In this document: piece after piece, positions 41,089-52,380 of the stretch
Position numbering within the stretch: position 1 is the first letter of the stretch
Layout of the letters: every line of letters begins with the position of its first letter
DNA from: an uncultured delta proteobacterium
GTDB lineage: Bacteria > Desulfobacterota > Binatia > UBA9968
NCBI GenBank assembly: GCA_963745835.1
Contig: CAVUZH010000014.1
Coordinates: forward strand, 128,001-192,000
DNA length: 64,000 bases
Direction of reading: 5' to 3'
Notes under the pieces: model-generated
Seen by the model: only the letters and a program-made list of their open reading frames with translations
Database searches by the model: none
What the model was told of the DNA's origin: nothing
Program-made: the position numbers and the translations under genes

Positions 41089-42504
41089 CTACCTAGGTTG
41101 AGGAATTACCTTCAAATGCAGAGAAATCTTGGTCGCCCATCCGATCCGGGCCGAATCACTCCGGCCGTATCCGGGTATCCACAGGATTTCGTTATCCATG
41201 ACGAGCAAAGGTAATGCCGCTCGTGTACGCAACGGCAATTGATTGGCAATGAATAAATCTTTGACCTTTTTATGTCCGCCCATTCCCAAGGGCTGAAATC
41301 GGTCACCCTTTCGGAAATTTCGCACTAGCAGGTTGCCCTTTAAGAGATCGGCATCGAACACAGCTTCCATGAAGTTATCCGGCAATTTTCCCGGCGCCGG
41401 ATCAATTAATTCGCTGACAATCGTGATGCCGGCCTCTATCACCGTTAAAGTCGATCCAGGTTTAAACTGATAGCTATAGCATCTTGGTTTAACATTTGGA
41501 CGATCAAAGGTAATCGTTTCGTATTCGCGTGCCAATTGCCAACCGCCGGGAAGAGCCAGGCGGCCCTGAGGCGCCCCAGCAGCGATCAACGACAGCGCTG
41601 ATTCTACATGATCGAAGTCTATGGCCCGCAAGTGACCGCGTCTCTGTTCGAACCAAAGCCGTATCACTCGCCTCTGAAGAGCCTTGTTGAGGTTGAGAAA
41701 GAGCTTACGACTTAATTTGTTTCCATCGCTCACGTTCTCCAGCTGCTGCCGGGTCAGCTCCGCAAGGTAGTCCTCCTCGTCGCCCAGCACGTGCGCTTGA
41801 GCGCAGAGCCGTGCCGGCAGTTTACCGCCGAACCTCTCGCCCACTTGCGGCATGAGTTTTAGACGGATCCAGTTGCGCAAAAAGAACAAATCCCTATTAC
41901 TGCTATCCGTACGATAAGGGAGTTTCCGCTGCTCAAGAAAATCCATCACCTCTCTTCGCAAGGCATTAAGCAAGGGCCGAATCAGCAGCACATTTGCGCA
42001 ACGGCGATCACCCGCAACCGTCAGTTGACGCATTGGCGCGATGCCGCGGAGGCCGGTTCGACCTGCGCCACGGAATAGCCGCATGACAATCGTCTCGGCT
42101 TGATCGTCTGCGGTATGGGCCGTTGCCACCGCATCGAGGCGACGTAGTTGAGCTGTTTCAGCAAAAAATTTGTACCTTTCGAATCGGCCGATCTCTTCGA
42201 GGCTAGTTTTACGCGAAGCTATTTTGAGTTGCGGTAGATCGATTTCTTTTAGATGACAGATCAAACTTAATCGCTCCGCCAATCGAGCAACAAATCGCGC
42301 GTCCTCGATCGCTTCTTCGCCACGAATTCCATGCTGTAGATGGGCAACTTCGATCGTAAGCTCAAATTCTTCGCGCAGATCATAGAGAAGATAAAGCAGA
42401 GCTACAGAATCCGGCCCACCCGAGACGGCAACTAAAATCCGCTGGCCAGGAGACAGCATCCGCTGCTTCTCGATCGTTTGTTTAAATTTTCTTGGCAAAT
42501 CCAT
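41089..42504 (-). CDS. tilS: tRNA(Ile)-lysidine synthetase
   Basis: AVSGGPDS, H..HGIRG, AHTADDQAET, IRPLL, DSSN, RN.IR, C-terminal TilS_C (GDRF.P.G..G.KK). Confidence 0.95.
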   Translation of the reverse strand: MDLPRKFKQTIEKQRMLSPGQRILVAVSGGPDSVALLYLLYDLREEFELTIEVAHLQHGIRGEEAIEDARFVARLAERLSLICHLKEIDLPQLKIASRKTSLEEIGRFERYKFFAETAQLRRLDAVATAHTADDQAETIVMRLFRGAGRTGLRGIAPMRQLTVAGDRRCANVLLIRPLLNALRREVMDFLEQRKLPYRTDSSNRDLFFLRNWIRLKLMPQVGERFGGKLPARLCAQAHVLGDEEDYLAELTRQQLENVSDGNKLSRKLFLNLNKALQRRVIRLWFEQRRGHLRAIDFDHVESALSLIAAGAPQGRLALPGGWQLAREYETITFDRPNVKPRCYSYQFKPGSTLTVIEAGITIVSELIDPAPGKLPDNFMEAVFDADLLKGNLLVRNFRKGDRFQPLGMGGHKKVKDLFIANQLPLRTRAALPLLVMDNEILWIPGYGRSDSARIGWATKISLHLKVIPQPR

Positions 42505-42675
42505 ACTATGAGGGGAGTCTGCGCAGTTTCCGCATCGGAATCAAGAAGAAAGCTCGGTTGAATCACCGATCGCTACCGAGCGGCTATGGATCGATCGTGT
42601 GAATCTAATGAGGTTGGAAGAACGGTTTGATATTCTGAAATTCAATCTCTAGATCAAGGATGAGTCAGGCCGGCG

Positions 42676-43674
42676 TCACTCACCATAGAGATTCTTGATA
42701 AAGCCGCTCTGCTCGAGCTCTCGCAAATTCGCCACATCGATAAAGCTGCCGGGCTGAAGACTTTTAGCCTTTGGATTTCGCGAGCTCATCTCATCGAGCA
42801 CCATCTGAATGCCTTTGGTGGTTGGATACGGCACCCGCGGCATCACTTTGACCGCATAATGCTGGTAGGTCTCTTCCAGAGCATCCGCTTCACTGATGCG
42901 CGAATACTTACCGATTACCTTCATGGAAAAGGCTTTATCGGTCTTCAACCGATGCAAACCTTCGACATAAGCGCGCAAGTAGCGACGGATCGTCTCCGGA
43001 TTTTCACCCAGATAGCGCTGTGTGGTAACCACACCGGCGCCCTGATAGTCAACACCGATGGCGCTCAGGTCCGCCAACATAGAAAAACCCAGCTTGCCGG
43101 CCCGAAGATGTAGCGGCGATGACAGTAAGCCCCCGTCAACACTTTTGGCGATCATTCCAGCCAATGTCTCTTGTGAGCCGCCCATCTGGATCAAGGCCAC
43201 CTCCCGGTCGGGCGCTATTCCCCATTGTCCCAATACGTAACGCAAGAGAAAATCGTCCGATGTACCGAAACGCGTCACGCCGATTTTTTTACCCCTTAGC
43301 TCCTCCGGTTTCTTTATCTCCGGTCTGACCATAATTTTCTGCCCGGGCTTGTGATTAGGCCCGGCAAGCATCACCAAGTCAGCGCCTGCCAAATTGGCCT
43401 GAATCACCGCTGGAATGGCGATCTCGGCAATCGGAATCTCTCTAGCCAACATGGCTTGAACAACCTTGGAGCTGCCGCCGATGTAGATTAGCTCGACTTG
43501 CAGTCCGTGCTTCTCGAAAAGCCGTGCTTCTTTGGTGACCCAAAGCACAGCCATGGAACCGACAGTGGTCGGATAGGCAACATTAAGTTTGATGGTCTGT
43601 GCGATCGCAGACCAAGGCTTAGTGCCGCAGGCTAGCAGCAATGCTAGAAATGCTATCTTGATCTTCACGAGCAC
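42676..43674 (-). CDS. ABC transporter substrate-binding protein, NMT1/SsuA/TauA family
   Basis: Signal peptide, FEKHGL.VEL, LRGKKIGVTRFGT, G..DG motifs. Confidence 0.85.
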   Translation of the reverse strand: MLVKIKIAFLALLLACGTKPWSAIAQTIKLNVAYPTTVGSMAVLWVTKEARLFEKHGLQVELIYIGGSSKVVQAMLAREIPIAEIAIPAVIQANLAGADLVMLAGPNHKPGQKIMVRPEIKKPEELRGKKIGVTRFGTSDDFLLRYVLGQWGIAPDREVALIQMGGSQETLAGMIAKSVDGGLLSSPLHLRAGKLGFSMLADLSAIGVDYQGAGVVTTQRYLGENPETIRRYLRAYVEGLHRLKTDKAFSMKVIGKYSRISEADALEETYQHYAVKVMPRVPYPTTKGIQMVLDEMSSRNPKAKSLQPGSFIDVANLRELEQSGFIKNLYGE

Positions 43675-43824
43675 CTCGTTTGTGAAATGGCTTTGGGATT
43701 TTGGATTTTGGATTGGACTAGCAGATCGGGAGTGGATAGCTCATGCAGCCGCCGAATGTACGATCCGGGATGAAGCGAGAGGCGGGAGCCGACGTTCAAC
43801 ACCTAACACCTGATACCGAACCCG

Positions 43825-44904
43825 CTATGGGTGAACCGATTCCAAAAACCAGTCGGTCGGAATCTCTCGTCCCACTCGGGCCTCCCGAGCACGCGCCAGC
43901 ACTTCGCTGCCAACTGCGGCGAACTGCAAGCCGAGACCTACGTTATTACAAAAGCAACTGATCGCCTCGTCCTTGGTCCTTCCCGGATGCTGCCCGTTTA
44001 CTAACTGCGAAATCGTCGGCAAGTCCCACAGCGGAGTATCTTCCCGTGTAAGCGGATGCGCCCAACCTTCAGCGACATCCGGAATCGATTGCGGATCGAC
44101 GCCGCCAATGACGATTTGAAACGGCTTGGCCTCTTTCCAGTGGATGATCAGCGGGTCCGATCGCTGGTAGGTGGAGGCGTCCAGCTCGCAAGGCTTGACG
44201 CAGGATACATGGACTCCCGGCTTAAGCAACTCACCAGGAAACAGAGCGGAAATTGAATTCGTGGTGCAGGTAACGATATCCGCGCCGTCGATGGCCTCAG
44301 CGGCGCTACCGGCTTCGACAAGTTCCGCGGAAATATTGTTGCTCCACTCCTCCAGGAAACGACGCCGGGAGTCTGCGTTGGGGCTGAAGACTCTGACTTT
44401 CTTAAGATCACGCACCAAGCTAAGCGTAATTAGATGAGCGCTGGCTTGCCACCCACTTCCGAGCAGCGCCATCACAGATGCGTTCTTGCGCGCGAGATGA
44501 CGCGCGGCGATTGCGCTGGCCCCTGCGACGCGGAGTTTCTGCACATAACCGTCGGGGAAAATCGCCAGCGGCTCACCGGTTTCAGTGCTGAAAAGCATGA
44601 CCAGGCCAACGTAACGATTGCCCCCGGCAACTGGAAGCTTGTCTTTGCGCACGCCGCCGTTCTTTTCGTACCACGTAACCACGCTTGAATTGAGGCGCAA
44701 TGCCGCGATTTTGCGATTCGGCAGAACACCGCTCATGGTTTTGTATTCGTAGAATTCATTTGGCTTGGTCGGACTGAAAACATCATAGCGCGGCACCGTC
44801 GCTGCCATGCCACTGCCGAGATCGCGATAGGCCTCTTCTAGGACTTCGAGACAAGCGCCCACCGGCAGAATCTTTTCAATATCTTCGTTCGATAAAATGA
44901 GCAT
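43825..44904 (-). CDS. Ornithine cyclodeaminase/mu-crystallin family protein
   Basis: LF..ETGEPLA, LRVAGASAIAA..LAR, GSGWQA..H, ADIV...TNS, GLGLQ. Confidence 0.88.
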   Translation of the reverse strand: MLILSNEDIEKILPVGACLEVLEEAYRDLGSGMAATVPRYDVFSPTKPNEFYEYKTMSGVLPNRKIAALRLNSSVVTWYEKNGGVRKDKLPVAGGNRYVGLVMLFSTETGEPLAIFPDGYVQKLRVAGASAIAARHLARKNASVMALLGSGWQASAHLITLSLVRDLKKVRVFSPNADSRRRFLEEWSNNISAELVEAGSAAEAIDGADIVTCTTNSISALFPGELLKPGVHVSCVKPCELDASTYQRSDPLIIHWKEAKPFQIVIGGVDPQSIPDVAEGWAHPLTREDTPLWDLPTISQLVNGQHPGRTKDEAISCFCNNVGLGLQFAAVGSEVLARAREARVGREIPTDWFLESVHP

Positions 44905-45171
44905 TGGCTACCTCCAGGCGGCACGCTGCCATAGTTATTGCCATGGAAGGATTTTTTTTCAAAGCCTTTCACGCGCGCGCGGTTGTTGACACGAGGCTAG
45001 TGCTGTTGTCATATCAGACGACCGGATATTTATCGATGATTTAACATCGGCTCATTGAGCACGTTGAGATCCGGATGCGGTTTCGTTCGCGCACCACATC
45101 TATTCAAGTAGTCTATTCAAGTAATTCTTCCCACACCCTTGACCGACGCGCCAACAGCACCGCGCCTGACT

Positions 45172-46473
45172 ATGACCACCCATTTACAGCCGAAGCGGCG
45201 GCGATTCTTCTACGGTTGGTACATCGTTGGAGTCGCGATTTTGGTCAACATCGCCGGAACATTTGCCTTCTCGAGCACTTTGAGCATTTTTCTCAAGCCG
45301 ATCACTGAGGAGTTAGGAGTTACACGCGGCGCATTTTCGTTGATCCGCACTTTCGAGATCGGCATCGCCGCTATGATCGTGCCGCTCCTTGGCCCATGGC
45401 TCGATCGGCACGGCGGACGGGGCATCCTCGTCGTCGGAGTACTGATGGAGGGGACGGGCTTGTTGCTTTCCAGCCTCGTGCATAGTTTCTGGCAATTTGT
45501 TCTGGTGCGCTGCTCGCTTGTAATTGCCGGCGAAGCTTTACTGGGTTCGTTGGTCATCAACGTCACCATCGCTCAGTGGTTCGTGCGCAACCGCGGACGC
45601 GCCATGGGCATTGCCAACTTGGGAACCGGCATTGCCAAGCTCGGCATACCGCTGATCGCGGCATCGTTGTTTGTCCTAGTCGGTTGGCGCGGGACCTGGG
45701 CGGTATTCGGCATCATCGCGCCTATTCTGGTGGTGGCGCCGGCGCTGATCTTTGTACGTAGACGACCCGAAGACATGGGACTTCAACCGGACGGAGCAGC
45801 GCCACCTCAAAGCTCTGAGCTATTGCCAGCTAACGGTCTGAGGCCGTCGAATGCCCGACCAAGAAGTCTGTTCCGTGAAACCTCATGGAGCCGGTCGGAG
45901 CTCGTGCGATTGCCAGTCTTTTGGCTTCTCGTAGTCACCTTCGGCATCGCCAGCATCGGCATCGCCGGTCTCAATCTGCACATCTTTTCTTATGTCACCG
46001 ATATCGGCTACTCGCCTCTGATCGCGGCTTCTTTTATGAGCACAATAGCGCTAACACAACTCGGCTCCACACTTGTTTGGGGTGTACTCGCCGACAGATT
46101 CGATCTTAGGAAGGTGTCCTGCATCCAGTTCTTGATCCAGGGAGTAGGACTGGTGATCGCCATAGTTAGCGTTGATATTCGTCTCGTTTACCTGGGGTTC
46201 TTTCTGTATGGCACCGGATTGGCTGGGAGCTTTGTTCTGCGTGAAGTGATCTGGGCTAATTTCTTCGGCCGAGCGTCTCTAGGGAAGGTACGCGGACTGT
46301 CGCTATTCTTTTCTCATCTATTCGCGGCCAGCGGTGCGCCTTTCTTCGGCTTTCTTCACGATCGCATGGGCAGTTACAATATATCCTTTACGATCTTTTC
46401 CTGCGCTCTATTCACATGTGCATTTTTGATCTTGTTTGCTAAACCGCCAATGGACCCGTCGAACAAGGAATAA
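45172..46473 (+). CDS. MFS transporter
   Basis: FFYGWYIV, G..LDR.G.R motif A, WF...RGRAMG, PEDMGL.PDG, ~12 TMs; start 45139 or 45172. Confidence 0.9.
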   Translation: MTTHLQPKRRRFFYGWYIVGVAILVNIAGTFAFSSTLSIFLKPITEELGVTRGAFSLIRTFEIGIAAMIVPLLGPWLDRHGGRGILVVGVLMEGTGLLLSSLVHSFWQFVLVRCSLVIAGEALLGSLVINVTIAQWFVRNRGRAMGIANLGTGIAKLGIPLIAASLFVLVGWRGTWAVFGIIAPILVVAPALIFVRRRPEDMGLQPDGAAPPQSSELLPANGLRPSNARPRSLFRETSWSRSELVRLPVFWLLVVTFGIASIGIAGLNLHIFSYVTDIGYSPLIAASFMSTIALTQLGSTLVWGVLADRFDLRKVSCIQFLIQGVGLVIAIVSVDIRLVYLGFFLYGTGLAGSFVLREVIWANFFGRASLGKVRGLSLFFSHLFAASGAPFFGFLHDRMGSYNISFTIFSCALFTCAFLILFAKPPMDPSNKE

Positions 46474-46523
46474 AACAAAGTACTGCCTTACGGCTCAAGT
46501 CAATCACTTATCTCCGGTCGCTG

Positions 46524-46551
46524 TTGACAACTTTCTTTGGCGCCACATAAT
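46524..46551 (+). promoter_or_regulatory. Putative sigma70 promoter
   Basis: TTGACA-N16-CATAAT upstream of the GGCT gene. Confidence 0.55.
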
Positions 46552-46597
46552 TGTTTGTTATCACAGGATACGAATAGCGAATAGAAGGATAAGTTCG

Positions 46598-47038
46598 GTG
46601 TATTACTTTGCTTACGGCTCAAATCTGAACTGGCCACAGATGCAACGTCGTTGCCCGTCATCACGTTTCATTTGCATCGCCAGGTTGCCGGATTATCAAT
46701 TCGGCATCACGCGCCATTCGCGCTTGCGCAACTGCGGCACGGCCAATGTGATTGCAGCCCAGGGCAAGGAAGTTTGGGGCGCCGTATACGACATCTGTGA
46801 TGAGGACTTGCTCATGTTGGATAGCTTTGAAGACGGTTATCGCCGCGAGATTTTGCCGGTTTTTGGCCTAAACGGCGGAGAGGCGCCGTTTCAGGCGCTG
46901 GTTTATATCGCCGAACTGGAGCTCGATGTTCCATTGCCCAATGCCGAATACAAGCGATTGATTTTAGAAGGCGCCAAACATTGGAAGCTACCTAGCCTCT
47001 ATCTTTCGATACTCGAGGAGATAGAGGCAGCAGGATAA
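46598..47038 (+). CDS. Gamma-glutamylcyclotransferase family protein
   Basis: YFAYGSNL, VWGAVY, LD.FE..Y; GTG start with AAGGA upstream. Confidence 0.88.
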   Translation: MYYFAYGSNLNWPQMQRRCPSSRFICIARLPDYQFGITRHSRLRNCGTANVIAAQGKEVWGAVYDICDEDLLMLDSFEDGYRREILPVFGLNGGEAPFQALVYIAELELDVPLPNAEYKRLILEGAKHWKLPSLYLSILEEIEAAG

Positions 47039-47214
47039 TCCGGTCAGCGATCAGAGTTCCAGCAATAAAGAAAATCTTGCGAGAACTGTTAGCGCCTCAT
47101 CGAGCATCCGCGACATCATCCGTTTCGGTTACCAATTCGACAGCGTCTCTTCATGGACAAGCCTTACTTCCTAGAGTAATATCTCGCTAGTTTCCTAAGA
47201 GCTACTTTTTACCA

Positions 47215-50200
47215 ATGGCATTTAACGCAACGCAGCTCTTCAGTCGCGGGCGCAATTTCACCGTTCATCCGCGTACCCACAAAATCGCTATTTGGACGGT
47301 CTCCGTCGTTGTTGCCTTTGGCGTGCTGCTGGGATTAGTTGCGCCGCCGCTACTACGCGGCAAAATAACCGCGGACCTTTCGCAAAAACTGCACCGCGAA
47401 GTCACCATCGAGCGGATCCGTTTGAATCCCTACGCCATGACCGCGACCATACGTGGTTTTCTGATGAAAGAGCGTCAGAGCCAAGCCACCGCAGTATCCT
47501 TCGATGAGCTGCACGTCAACCTGGAACTGCGGTCTATTTTCCGTCTGAGTCCGGTCATCAAAGAGCTTCGTCTGCTGAAGCCTTACGTCAATCTCGTGCG
47601 CAACGAGGATTTTAAGTACAACTTCCAGGATATAATCGACGACCTAACGTCGGGACCGTCCGGTGGTCCGACGCCAAAGTTCGCCTTGAACAACATTCAG
47701 TTGATCGATGGCCGAATTGAATTTGACGATCGGCCTGAACAGACCAAGCATTTGATTTCATCGATCAATATCGGCGTGCCGTTTATTTCCAGCCTGCCGT
47801 CCTATACGGATATCTTCGTCAAACCTTCGTTCTCGGCAGATATCAATGGAGCTCCTTTGCATATCGGCGGAGCCTCCAAGCCATTTCACAGCTCGCACGA
47901 AAGCACAGTCGATTTGAACATCGACAAACTGCAGATCAACAAGTATCTCGAATATTCGCCCGTAGCTCTGAATTTCAAAGTTCCTTCCGGCGAACTGAAT
48001 GGCAAGCTCAACGCATCCTTTAAGACCGCCAAGGAGAGCCCGTCGGTATTCACGATCACCGGGAATTTGGCACTAACGGAGCTGGCAGTCGAGAAAAATG
48101 GCGGGACGCCTTTTGGCAAGATTGCCGACCTAGACGTGGTAGTCGAGTCGATCGACGTACTCAACAATAAGACGCGCTTAAAATCGATCAAAGCTCACGG
48201 CCTGGAGTTGCATCTAGCCCGAAATCGCGATGGATCTTTGAATACCGCCGATTTGATTAGAACCTCGCCGAAAACGACTTCAGTCGAATCGACGAAAAAC
48301 ACTAAACCGCTAGGCTACGAAGTTGATGACATTCTGATCGATTCGGGCACCCTGCACTTCATCGATGAGTCTTTGCAGCGGCCCTATAAGACCCGACTCG
48401 ACAATATTCGCATCGCAGTAAAAGGATTGACCAATGAACCGGCCAAAGAGGCCGATATGGAAGTCTCGTTTGAATCGGATGCAAAAGAGCGGGTCAGCCA
48501 AACTGGCAAAATCCAGCTGGCACCGTTTGTGGCAGAAGGAAAGATAGCGATCGAGAGTTTTAAGCCAGGAAATCTAAGCCCGTATTATCAGAATGCCTTG
48601 GCCCTGGAGATCAAGGAAGGCTTATTAGAACTCTCCACCCAATACAGATTCGAAGCGAAAGACGATGGATCGGATCTAAAGTTCACCGATCTGAATGCCA
48701 ATTTAAAAACTGTGCGGTTGGATTTCCCCGGGCACCCGGAACCGCTTTGGCGCATTCCATCATTGATCATTAAAGACGGTACGCGTCGACGTCTCAGGTA
48801 AAACAGTCGTTATCGGCGCGATTCAAGGCAAAGATGGCATCGGGCACGTCCAGCGGGATAAAGATGGCACTCTGAACTATGCGCGCATCGTCAAGGCCCA
48901 ATCATCCACGGCGCCTGTTAAAGAGCCGATAAAAAAAGACGAGACCGAGTGGAAGGTCGAAGCCAAACAGATTGCTCTGGATAGCTTCAAAATCGACGTC
49001 GACGACCGCGGCGCCGCCGCTCCGGCGAAGTTCGCGCTGTCCGATCTTTTCGTTCGCGTCGACAACTTTTCCAACGCGAAAAATCAAGCCGGTAGGACCA
49101 GGCTGCGTACTCGCATCAACAAGAATGCTTCATTGCGGTTGAACGGTACCGCGGCTACGAATCCAATCGCGGCTAAGCTCGCAGTCGAGGCCTACGATAT
49201 CGATGTTCTGTCTCTGCAGCCTTACTTCGGCGATCAGGTCAATTTTCTATTGACCGGGGGGCGAATCAGCACAAAGGGCAGCTTTACGTTAGCTGGCGGC
49301 GGCACCGGTCCGGCAAAAGCAAATTATCAGGGCGGAATAGAGCTCTATGATTTCGCCAGTATAGAAAAGGACAATAAACAGGATTTGGTGAAATGGAAGA
49401 ACCTCGGGCTCCATCAGTTCGAATTGACATCAGAACCGCTGCAAGTGCGCATCGGCGAAGTCGACGTCAACGATTTCTACTCGCGCGTGATCATCGGTCC
49501 CGAAGGCAAGATCAATTTGCAAAACCTGACTGCGCCTAAAGCGCAGAACCAAGAGGAGGCCTCAGCAGCGCAGGCGCCTGCCAGCCCCGCCGTGGATACA
49601 CCGGATACTGAGAAGCGGGTCACCATCGGCAAAATCAATCTTCACGGCGGCAATATCAATTTCAGCGACTTCCTGGTCAAGCCCAACTATTCGGCTAACC
49701 TCACCGATGTGCAGGGAACCATTTCAGAGCTTAAACCGGAAGCGCCAGGCGATATCGACATCCAAGCTAAATTGGATGGATCTGCGCCGGTCGATATCGA
49801 TGGCAAAATCAACCCGCTGGGCAAAGAGCTGTTTTTGGACATCGTAGCCGACGCTCGCGAGATCGAGATGAATCCGTTCTCACCTTACTCCGGAAAATAC
49901 GTCGGCTATGGAATCGAATCGGGCAAGCTCTCGTTCAATGTCAAATATAAAGTCGAAAACCGTAAACTAACTGCACAAAACAAAATTATTCTTAATCAGC
50001 TGACCTTCGGCGAGAAGGTCGAGAGCCCGCAAGCCACCAAGCTGCCGGTGTTGCTCGCAGTCGCGTTGCTGAAAGACCGGAACGGCGTCATCGACGTCGA
50101 TCTTCCAATCAGCGGCTCTCTCGATGACCCGCAGTTCAGTGTCGGCGGCATCGTGCTTCGGCTGGTGATTAACATCATCACTCGAGCAGTGACTGCGCCG

Positions 50201-50821
50201 TTCGCGCTTCTCGGCTCCGCCTTCAGCGGCGGCGGAAGCGGTGGCGGCGAAGAACTGAGCTACGTTGAATTTGATAGTGGGCGCGCCAGTCTCAACCAGA
50301 TTGCTCAAGGCAAGATTGAGACGTTGGCAAAGGCGATGAACAATCGTCCGGCTTTACGTCTCCAACTGAGCGGCCGCGCCGATCCGGCCACGGACCTGGA
50401 TGGGCTTAAACGGGTTTCGATGGAGCGAAAAGTGAAGGCACAGAAATTACAAGAGCTGTCCGGCAAGGCCGACGCTCCTAAATCGGTTGACGAGGTGCAC
50501 ATCGAAAGCAGCGAGTATCCGCAATATTTAAGACAAGCCTACCGCCAGGAGAGTTTCCCAAAGCCGCGCAATGCCATCGGCCTGTTGCGCGATTTACCCG
50601 TTGTAGAAATGGAGAAACTGATGATCCAGCATGCCACCGTTGGCGAGGAGAATTTAGGTGAGCTTGCCAATCAGCGCGCTCAGACAGTGCGAGATGCGTT
50701 GGTGACGACCGGGCAGGTGAGCGCAGACCGGCTGTCTATCGTTCCCGCCAAGCCGCTCACCAGTGAAGAGAAAGCCAAGCTAAAAGGTAAACCCAACCGC
50801 GTCGATTTTTCTCTGAGGTAA
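47215..50821 (+). CDS. DUF748 (AsmA-like, repeated beta-groove) protein with OmpA-like C-terminus; one frameshift at ~48784
   Basis: N-terminal TM, RLNPY, repeated DUF748-like segments, SPYSGKY.GY.I..GKL, LLKDRNG.IDVDLPISG, RVDF. The frame from 48785 is open and continuous with ORF 49133..50821. Confidence 0.85.
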
Positions 50822-50946
50822 TCTTTTACCTCCGATCATTTCACAGGAGCAACTTGCGCGGACAAGCGCGTAAAGGCATTTCTCAGCGTTAAGTTGTGTA
50901 GCTTAATCTTCTGGTATAAACTCATGGCGATTCAGGAGGCGCCTTC

Positions 50947-51192
50947 ATGAACCAACCGAAGAAATCCGCAAACCCAAAAGTCACTATCATCGCCAGCAAA
51001 GGAGCGAACCAAGCTATCAATTATCTGTTGGAAGACCGTGACGAACTAGAATGGCTCGTAGCCATCGGCCGCAACAAGAAAGGCGATATTTTCTTTTACG
51101 ATACGGGCGGCGACATCATTCAAGACTTGGGAGCAATTTCTTACATAAAAGAGCGAATTCTAAGAGACTACTTCGGCGAGACGGATGAATAA
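50947..51192 (+). CDS. Hypothetical protein (81 aa)
   Basis: AGGAGG RBS, ATG, fills the gap, 8 nt before the next gene. Confidence 0.7.
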   Translation: MNQPKKSANPKVTIIASKGANQAINYLLEDRDELEWLVAIGRNKKGDIFFYDTGGDIIQDLGAISYIKERILRDYFGETDE

Positions 51193-51200
51193 CGTAGGCC

Positions 51201-52287
51201 ATGCGACAAACCGGGATTGCTCAACTCCCGCTCCACGGCGGCAAGGCGCCTGTATGGCTATTTCAAAGAATGGTCAGGCTGGGACGCGAGATCACCCGCC
51301 TCATAATTGAAAACGACGGACCTCAGGCATTCCTCCAACGGATAGCCGATCCATACTGGCTACAGTCTTTAGGTTGTGTTCTTGGCTTTGACTGGCATTC
51401 TTCCGGCGTGACCACCACGGTATGCGGCGCGCTTAAAGAAGGCCTCAAAGGCAGAGAGAAGGAACTCGGCTTGATTATCGCCGGCGGTAAAGGCGCGACT
51501 TCCCGAAAAACTCCTGGCGAGATTATTGCCGCAGGCGAGAAATATCCTCTCGATTGCAGTGCCGACGCCCTGGTTTACCTAAGCCGGCTCACCGCCAAAA
51601 TCGATAACAATGCAATCCAGGATGGGTTCCAGCTTTATCATCACAGTTTCTTTTTCACTATCAACGGCTCCTGGGCGGTGGTGCAGCAAGGCATGAACGA
51701 ACGCTTTGCCCGGCGCTACCACTGGTTCTCCGAAGACGTCCGGACCATGACTCTCGAGCCGCACACGGCGATCTGCAGCAATCTGCAAGAAAGAGCGGGC
51801 GCTCAATCTAGTTGCGTTGGATAGTCAACCGGCGCAGTCGATGATTACCAATCTCTCTCATGAGCGGCCGGAAAAACTCATTGGCGAAATCCAACGGCTG
51901 CAAACATTATCGTTGCCTTCGCATCATCAAGTTTCCGTCAGCGACATTCACCCGAAATCGATCGAAAAGATTCTGCTGAAAACCTACGAACGTAAAGTCA
52001 CGAACTTCGAAGAGCTGTTGAGCATGCCCGGAGTCGGCGCCAAAACTTTGCGGGCTCTCACTCTTATTGCTGATCTGGCCTACGGCACTGCCGCATCCTG
52101 GAAAGACCCGGTAAAATTTAGCTTCGCGCACGGTGGCAAGGACGGACATCCCTATCCGGTTGATTGCAAGCTATACGACGACTCCGTTGAATTTCTGCGT
52201 CGCACAGTGGAGCGAGCGCGAATTGAAAAACACGAGAAAGAGAACGCGCTAAAAAGACTGCAGAGACTTTTCGCCTCCGAGAATTAG
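51201..52287 (+). CDS. DUF763 domain protein; one frameshift at ~51786
   Basis: LPLHGGKAP.WL, DWHSSG.TT, GGKG, DGFQLYHH, VVQQGMN, ARRYHW; second part GVGAKT.RAL, FSFAHGGKDGHPYPVD. Confidence 0.88.
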
Positions 52288-52344
52288 GACCAGAACTCAT
52301 AACGGCTCTTTCGCAACTCTCCTTAGCACTTCAGGCAAATACGT

Positions 52345-52380
52345 TTGACTCACTCGCTGCATTGGTCTAGCGTGCGGCGG
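52345..52380 (+). promoter_or_regulatory. Putative sigma70 promoter, leaderless transcript
   Basis: TTGACT-N17-TAGCGT-N7-ATG(52381). Confidence 0.5.

Noticed and set aside
46436-46622. N-terminal extension of GGCT and a 12-bp direct repeat CTTACGGCTCAA (~46488 and 46611)
   Set aside because: The extension overlaps the MFS end and a good promoter; a single 12-bp match is too weak to interpret
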